DNA from: Dimorphilus gyrociliatus | Lineage: Eukaryota > Animalia > Annelida | Length of the DNA: 64,000 nucleotides | Direction of reading: 5' to 3' | Assembly: GCA_904063045.1 (NCBI GenBank) | Contig: CAJFCJ010000001.1 | Location: 1,240,001-1,304,000 of the forward strand | In this document: piece by piece, positions 58,385-64,000 of the stretch | Position numbering within the stretch: the stretch's first letter is position 1 | Layout: the number at the start of each line of letters is the position of its first letter | Position numbers and translations under genes: made by a program | The notes under the pieces: generated by a model | Told to the model about the DNA's origin: nothing | Database searches by the model: none | What the model saw: only the letters and a program-made list of their open reading frames with translations

Positions 58385-60262
58385 TCACTTTCGTTTATTT
58401 GGACTGGAATTAGTATTTGCATACACAAAATTAATCTCCAAAAATGTTTTTCCTCTAGATTCCCTCATATTTGAATTTACAAATGTTGTCAATATGATCA
58501 AAATCATTATCGATATAACAGAAATAAAAATTCTACCAATTGATTGAAGATGAAGGAATAGTCCATTAGTAAGAATAGAGCAAATCCAATAAACAATTAA
58601 ACATAAAGCAACCCCTCTACATCTTACATCTTGTTGAAAAAGTTCTGGAAGGGAGATCCATGCAACAGGACCGATACCAATAGAATAAGCAGTTGTATAA
58701 ATATTTTTTAATAAAAGTATGGAGTAACCACATTCTGCCGATTTACACTCCGATACTACAAATATCAAATTAACACTATAGACAATTAGCATAACAGAAA
58801 TTGGTACAACTATCATCCTTCTCCTACCAACGAAATCAACTAAAGGAAGAAAGGAAACAGTACTGATTAAACTTATAAAATACGTTCCTATTCCGCCCCA
58901 CTTATACATAACTTCATTTACGTTCCTTTTAATATAAGAATTATTAAAGAAGATTGAGCCAAGATTTAAGAATGCTACTTGTTGGATTATCAATAAAGCC
59001 ATTCCAATGAAAATAAGGCGACGAAAGGCACAATTAGAGATTAGTTCTCGGAAATCTGATGATGGAAGAATCCATCGTCTTTCAAATGGATTCGGACGTT
59101 TAAATGAATTAGTTCCATCTTCCTTTCTAATTAATTTATGTGCTCTCTCAAGCTCCATTTCTTCCAATTCTCCACCAACGTCACTTTTCTTTCTGTAATA
59201 CCTTAGTGATTCTTTTGCCCTTTGCTTATCGTAAATTGTTAAATATAAATGTCTAGGTGTTTCCGGTAGGTAATTAACAGCTAAGGACCAATAAATAAGT
59301 AAGAGCTTGACATTAAAACGTATTAATTGAATATGTTCTGTATTAACCTATTAAGACCATAAATCCAGGAACAATTTGCATAACAATTGAATAAGGCCAC
59401 AATTTATCATTTCCGAATAGAGGTTCCAAAGACAGTATTGACGAAATTATCATCCCAACGGTAATTGCTAGCTGATGAATGCAAATCGATGTACCTCTTA
59501 AATTAAATGGTGAGATTTCTGATAAAGAAACAGGAGCAAGAACCAAAGAAAATCCAGAATGTAAACCAATAAAAAATTTACCCAATACCAACCACCAAGG
59601 TGACGATTGAAATACCGAGAATCCAGTTATAGAACATCCAATAAGAATAAAGATTTGAGTAAAAGATATCGCAAAAATTCTACCAAAAATATCGGCAAGA
59701 ATGAAACTTCTATTCAAACAGCCGTATTAAGGATTTTAATTAGTTTAATACAATAAATACAATATATATTTATAATTTACCCTACAGTGCCAAGAATCCC
59801 TCCTATAATGTAGAAAATTGATAGAGCATATAAAAAAGTTTCAGACTTATCTCTCACAAACTGTTCATCCCTACGCAAATCTTTTAATTTCTTTATAAAA
59901 AAAGTCTTTATTTCCTCTTTTAAGTTATTTTCCAAATTAACATTCAGACCGAAGAGAAATGATGTTCCTAGAACTAGAAGGAGACTTGACTTTATGAGAT
60001 TTCTATTAATCAACACTGGAGACTTTTCTCTCTATTTTTAAATAGCTTTTTTTATTATTCTTTGACAAATATATATTAGAAGAGAGATCTAAATAAGATT
60101 GTTTTATCTTACATCTCCTTCTAGCGATCCTTTCGTCAAACTGCTCGTTTGTTCTGCTGTAGAAGTTTTTGACCGTTTTTTTTGAATTTCATTGCCTTTA
60201 CTTTTATCGTTGGCCGATGGTAATTTCGAAGAAGTAATCTTATTTTTTGATATGAATTCCAT
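58385..60262 (-). CDS. Divergent GLUT/SLC2A-like MFS sugar porter, multi-exon
   Basis: LGTSFLFGLN, SIFYIIGGILG, LGKFFIGLHSG..LSEISPFNLRG..HQLAITVG, PETPRHL, VDFVGRRRM, YSIGIGPVAWISLPELFQQDVR, ESRGKTFLEI. Confidence 0.88.
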
Positions 60263-60407
60263 AATTGAGAACGTATGTTTCCAGTCTATTTAGACCATTT
60301 TAAAGAATTATTTGTTCAAATTCACCGCGAAGACTAGATGGCGCTTTACATTATTATTTACAAATTTCAACTGCATCTTTAGTTTCGTACCTGATAGATG
60401 CTTTAGA

Positions 60408-60920
60408 ATGGAGGCGGATGAAATCGCTTTGGAGTTGCTATCTAGCCTAAAGAAGGTGACTGATATTCGCAATGAATTAAATCTGTGCTTGGATCGAGGT
60501 TTCAATCATATTTCCAGATCTCGTTATCATAGAGGATTCCAATTTAGTAGGTCTTTGCCTCAACATACAAATTTGACTTTGGAACCAAAAAATTTAATTT
60601 CTGTGGATGACTGTACTAGCAAATTTGATTTAATGAAGATTGATAACACGAAAGAAGAAGACAGCAATTTACGTAAAAGAAAAACCGATAAAAGCACAGA
60701 AGAAGTAAACGGAAAAAATCCAAATAATCATAATTTTGATAATAATGTTTATAAATATTTAGGTATTGCATTAATTCCTCAAGAACTTAGATTTTGTCAA
60801 CTAGAATTTGAGAAAGCTACGTCCTTGTGCTGTGAATTGGCGTCGGCCCAGAGACAGTTACAAAAATTTCAAGAGAAATATAAAGAATTGCGCAACAAAT
60901 CCGAAAATAAAGAAGAATAG
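60408..60920 (+). CDS. CCDC115: V-ATPase assembly factor CCDC115/Vma22, single exon
   Basis: LELLSSL..LDRGFNHISRSRY (compare EEGWLSLAKARY) and YLGIALIPQELRFCQLEFEKA..LASAQ. The ATG at 60408 is preferred over the ORF-track start at 60312. Confidence 0.78.
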   Translation: MEADEIALELLSSLKKVTDIRNELNLCLDRGFNHISRSRYHRGFQFSRSLPQHTNLTLEPKNLISVDDCTSKFDLMKIDNTKEEDSNLRKRKTDKSTEEVNGKNPNNHNFDNNVYKYLGIALIPQELRFCQLEFEKATSLCCELASAQRQLQKFQEKYKELRNKSENKEE

Positions 60921-61395
60921 TAAATGATCTTTGCTTAAGATTGATGATCATGTTAATATTTTAGAATTATTTAATACTTTTTAAGAAATACATTCGAATA
61001 AGAATGCTCAAGTATTACTAAAGCAACAACTTTTGCTAAAATGTTTCATAGGCGATATTTCGTTAGTTTATCTTATCCTGAGATATTTTTAAATATAATA
61101 TAGTCTAAGATGCCATAAGTTATTTGGTAATGTAACATTATAAACTATATAGATATACAATTCATTTGCCAAATTAATACTAAAATTTAAACTATTTTCA
61201 AGAATTATGCAACTTATGTTTTTTTTATAAATAATTCTTCAATTCTTAAAAAAAATACAGCAAAAAAATTAACATCTATCTGTATAATTATTACATTTAA
61301 AGATGAACTATTCACGTTGATGTATTTCATATGTGATTATAGTTTTGATGGAACTATTTTTTTTTGTACATCTCGTGTGGCGCTCCGATCGTTTT

Positions 61396-61416
61396 TGCTG
61401 ATTATCGCTCTCTTTG
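61396..61416 (+). promoter_or_regulatory. Promoter element TGCTgATTATCGCTCTCTTTG with TCT/5'TOP-like pyrimidine tract upstream of EEF1B2
   Basis: Near-identical to 6957-6977. CTCTTT resembles the TCT initiator typical of translation-factor genes. Confidence 0.65.
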
Positions 61417-61465
61417 TGGCGTGACAGCGGCTCCTTCGTAATCCGTCTCGAGTATATCTGTTATA

Positions 61466-62186
61466 ATGGGTTTTGGTGACTTGAACAGCGAATGTGGCAG
61501 TAACTGCCTCAATTCTTATTTAGTAGACAAGAGTTATATTGAAGGGTTGGCATTTTGAAAAGCGTATATACGTGATATTAATGGCTATTTTTTTTAGTTT
61601 TGTGCCTTCACAAGCCGACGTGGCCATTTTTTCTGCTCTGAAATCTGCTCCGAGCGCCAAATTCGAAAACGCTTTAAGATGGTACAACCATATCAAATCT
61701 TACGAGAGTGAATTTTCTGCCCTACCTGGTGTAAAGAAGAGCGTAGAAGAATATGGTAGTTGCTTGAAAAAAGCAGAGGCCGCTAAACCAGCAGCAGATG
61801 ACGACAGCGATGATTTATTCGGCTCTTCTGATGAAGAAGTAGATGAAGAAGCCGAAAAACTTCGTCAAGAACGTCTGGAAAAATATGCCCAGAAAAAACA
61901 AGCTAAGCCGGGAGTCATCGCCAAGTCCAACATCATCCTCGAAGTTAAACCATGGGATGATGAAACCGATATGAAAGAAATGGAGCGCCTCGTTAGGGAA
62001 ATCAAAGTTGACGGTCTCTTGTGGGGAGCCTCCAAATTGGTACCTGTTGGTTATGGTATCAGCAAGCTCCAAATTTCCTGCGTTATCGAAGACGATAAAG
62101 TCAGCGTCGACGACCTTACAGATAAAATCACAGAAAACGAAGATTACGTTCAAAGCGTCGATATTGCTGCTTTCAACAAAGTTTAA
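61466..62186 (+). CDS. EEF1B2: Elongation factor 1-beta, two exons
   Basis: Exon 1 [21 protein letters not shown]; exon 2 [58 protein letters not shown]. Confidence 0.97.
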
Positions 62187-62240
62187 AATTTCAAAAGTTG
62201 AATACAGATTCACATTTTGCAGTGAACTAAAGCCATTTTT

Positions 62241-63558
62241 CTAAAAGTAGTCTCTTGTAGATTTTCGTCTTTTAAATACTTCGGGCGTTAGATGACGCTT
62301 CCTTTCTTCTATTCTAATTCGAGTTCGATTGTTATTCTTAGTCAACAAATCACCTTTCTTTTTCGCTGTATAACACGAGAGAACACTTCCAAGAAGAATT
62401 AATACGAAATTCACTGTCATAATGACAGTTATTTCATTTAAGTTTTTAGAGCTAACTATCCCTTTATAATTATCCTTTTTGTAGCACATTTTTCTTTCCG
62501 TGTCCTCGAGTCCGCAATCACGAATATTAGAAATTGGCTCAGGTGAAGAGCAATTTCGAAATCGTTCTTGAAACTGTATTTTATTTAAGTTTGGATTTAA
62601 TTGCAAACAGTTTCCCCACTGTCCCCATTCAGACCATTCACCAAATAGTGGACGCCAGCAAACGGTTGCGTGCTTCTCGGAACAACTCTTAAGGTTAAAC
62701 TCTATATCATGATCAAGTGTTTTTAGATTTGCAGTCACGCATTTTTCAACATTTGACGAGAGGAGGCCAATCTCCCTGATGATTTCTGATTTTGTTGAAA
62801 ATATTTCTGTATCCCATTTAAAGTGATAATCTTTAGACGTTAAACTAGTCCAAATCATAACCTCTCTGCTTAACAATGTAAATAATCTTGTATGGAAGAA
62901 ATTCCTAATTTGTGGAAGATCAAATTTAACTACGTGCATTTCCCTGATATGACAGAATTTTCTAGCTTGCGAGTAGTTTAAACTTTCTTTATTATACAAA
63001 GTGAAACAATACCCAGATGACTCGTCAAAGAGAAAAATCTCATTTTGACTATTTCTATTAAGATTACACTCTGGAGAAGATTTAACGAAATATTCGTATT
63101 GTTCAGAATTGATGTGAGTATTAGATTCTTGGCAAAAACGTCTATTTAGCCAACACTTTCTATTAAGCTTATCAAAAATGATACCAACACAAGAAGGATC
63201 AGTCAAACATTGTTTAAAGCAGATAGTTGAGGTATCAACATACGATAATACAGTATTATATTCATTTCTCTTATCGTCAACTTTCCTATAAAAATATAAT
63301 AATTGTATGTTTTATTAGTATTTTTCTCAATTAAAGAGCATAAGCAGACGTAAAGAAAGTATTAACAAACCTATAAAATGACGTTGAACCAAAGCACAAC
63401 TGTTTTAAATTAGTAATTGGTCTCATTTCAAATCGAAAGTTTTGATTTTCTTGATAGAAAATCGCCAATTTTCTCTTATTACTAAAACTATTAACCGTAT
63501 CAGATTTATTTTTATTAATAAAGGCACAATAAACAAAAAATAAACGAATAAAGAGCAT
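62241..63558 (-). CDS. Single-pass receptor candidate: signal peptide, PAN/apple-like, C-type lectin-like, TSP1, TM, basic tail
   Basis: Exon 1 MLFIRLFFVYCAF.. splices (phase 2) into CFKQCLTDPSCVGIIFD..CWL. CTLD CFTLY..LNYSQARKFC..IWTSL..CV..SC..VC; TSP1 WSEWGQWGNC..RFRNCSSPEP..CG; then a TM helix. Confidence 0.78.
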
Positions 63559-64000
63559 TATTAAAAGAGGAAAGAGGAGAAGGAAGAAAAAATAAAGAGT
63601 TAATAATGATTATTCCGCTGTGTTTAAAATTAGTTGCCAAATTATTTCTTCCTTTGTTCATACAAACTTAGAAATTTAATATATTGATATACAAGATTAT
63701 TGCAATCCTTGTTAAAACAGTTACAATATTCTCTCTTATGTTATCTCTACCCTTTTTCTCTTTAACTAAGAAAGAGACTTTGCATCGTAGTATATGTTGT
63801 CATTGTTTTGAATCCTGAAAAATATGGAATAAAAATTTAAAATTTTTGTTCAAAATATATAATTCTATTTATAGAAGAGAGAGATATACTGACGTAATAT
63901 CATCGTATATTGGTTCTTTTAGGCAGCCCTATTAGAATAGCATTATAAACAAATATTTTATTAGCTACCTCGGTAAGAGAACAAACTTACGGGAAACTCA

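Noticed and set aside
61815-62213. 132-aa minus-strand ORF, plus similar antisense or alternate-frame ORFs (5630-5914, 13874-14179, 35756-36025, 56890-57114 and others)
   Set aside because: They are shadows of well-supported genes on the opposite strand or in another frame, with no recognisable motifs.

Overview
AT-rich animal nuclear DNA from a very compact genome. I model 27 protein-coding genes in 64 kb, mostly split by GT-AG introns of about 50-70 nt; CDS coordinates below span the introns. Sixteen genes sit in eight head-to-head pairs, with start codons 145-740 bp apart. In order: SPTLC2 (5' part), p90 RSK, DHDDS, PIGN, STRIP1/2, CLPTM1L, TMEM231, TVP23, UBE3B, C8orf76-like, MRPS23, ISY1, TMEM126, a TRIM, CPSF3, MED11, a divergent p38-like MAPK, PGAP4, a DUF3715 pseudo-PARP protein, PTPDC1, NFRKB, an orphan membrane protein, UTP25, (mariner relic), a GLUT-like transporter, CCDC115, EEF1B2 and a PAN/C-type-lectin/TSP1 receptor. 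The intron size and gene density suggest a miniaturised invertebrate such as the annelid Dimorphilus gyrociliatus, but this is inference only. Best leads: (1) an unannotated TASOR/TEX15-family DUF3715 protein with several SUMO-interaction motifs, a candidate invertebrate transposon-silencing factor; (2) a decayed mariner that fills almost the entire region upstream of the UTP25 start codon; (3) a recurrent ATTATCGCTC promoter element, including a 20-of-21-nt identical copy at two unrelated genes 54 kb apart; (4) an intronless p38-like kinase with SGY instead of TGY; (5) four GPI-anchor-pathway genes within 34 kb. All protein family calls come from my recall of conserved motifs, not from database searches. 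No tRNA, rRNA or CRISPR array was seen.
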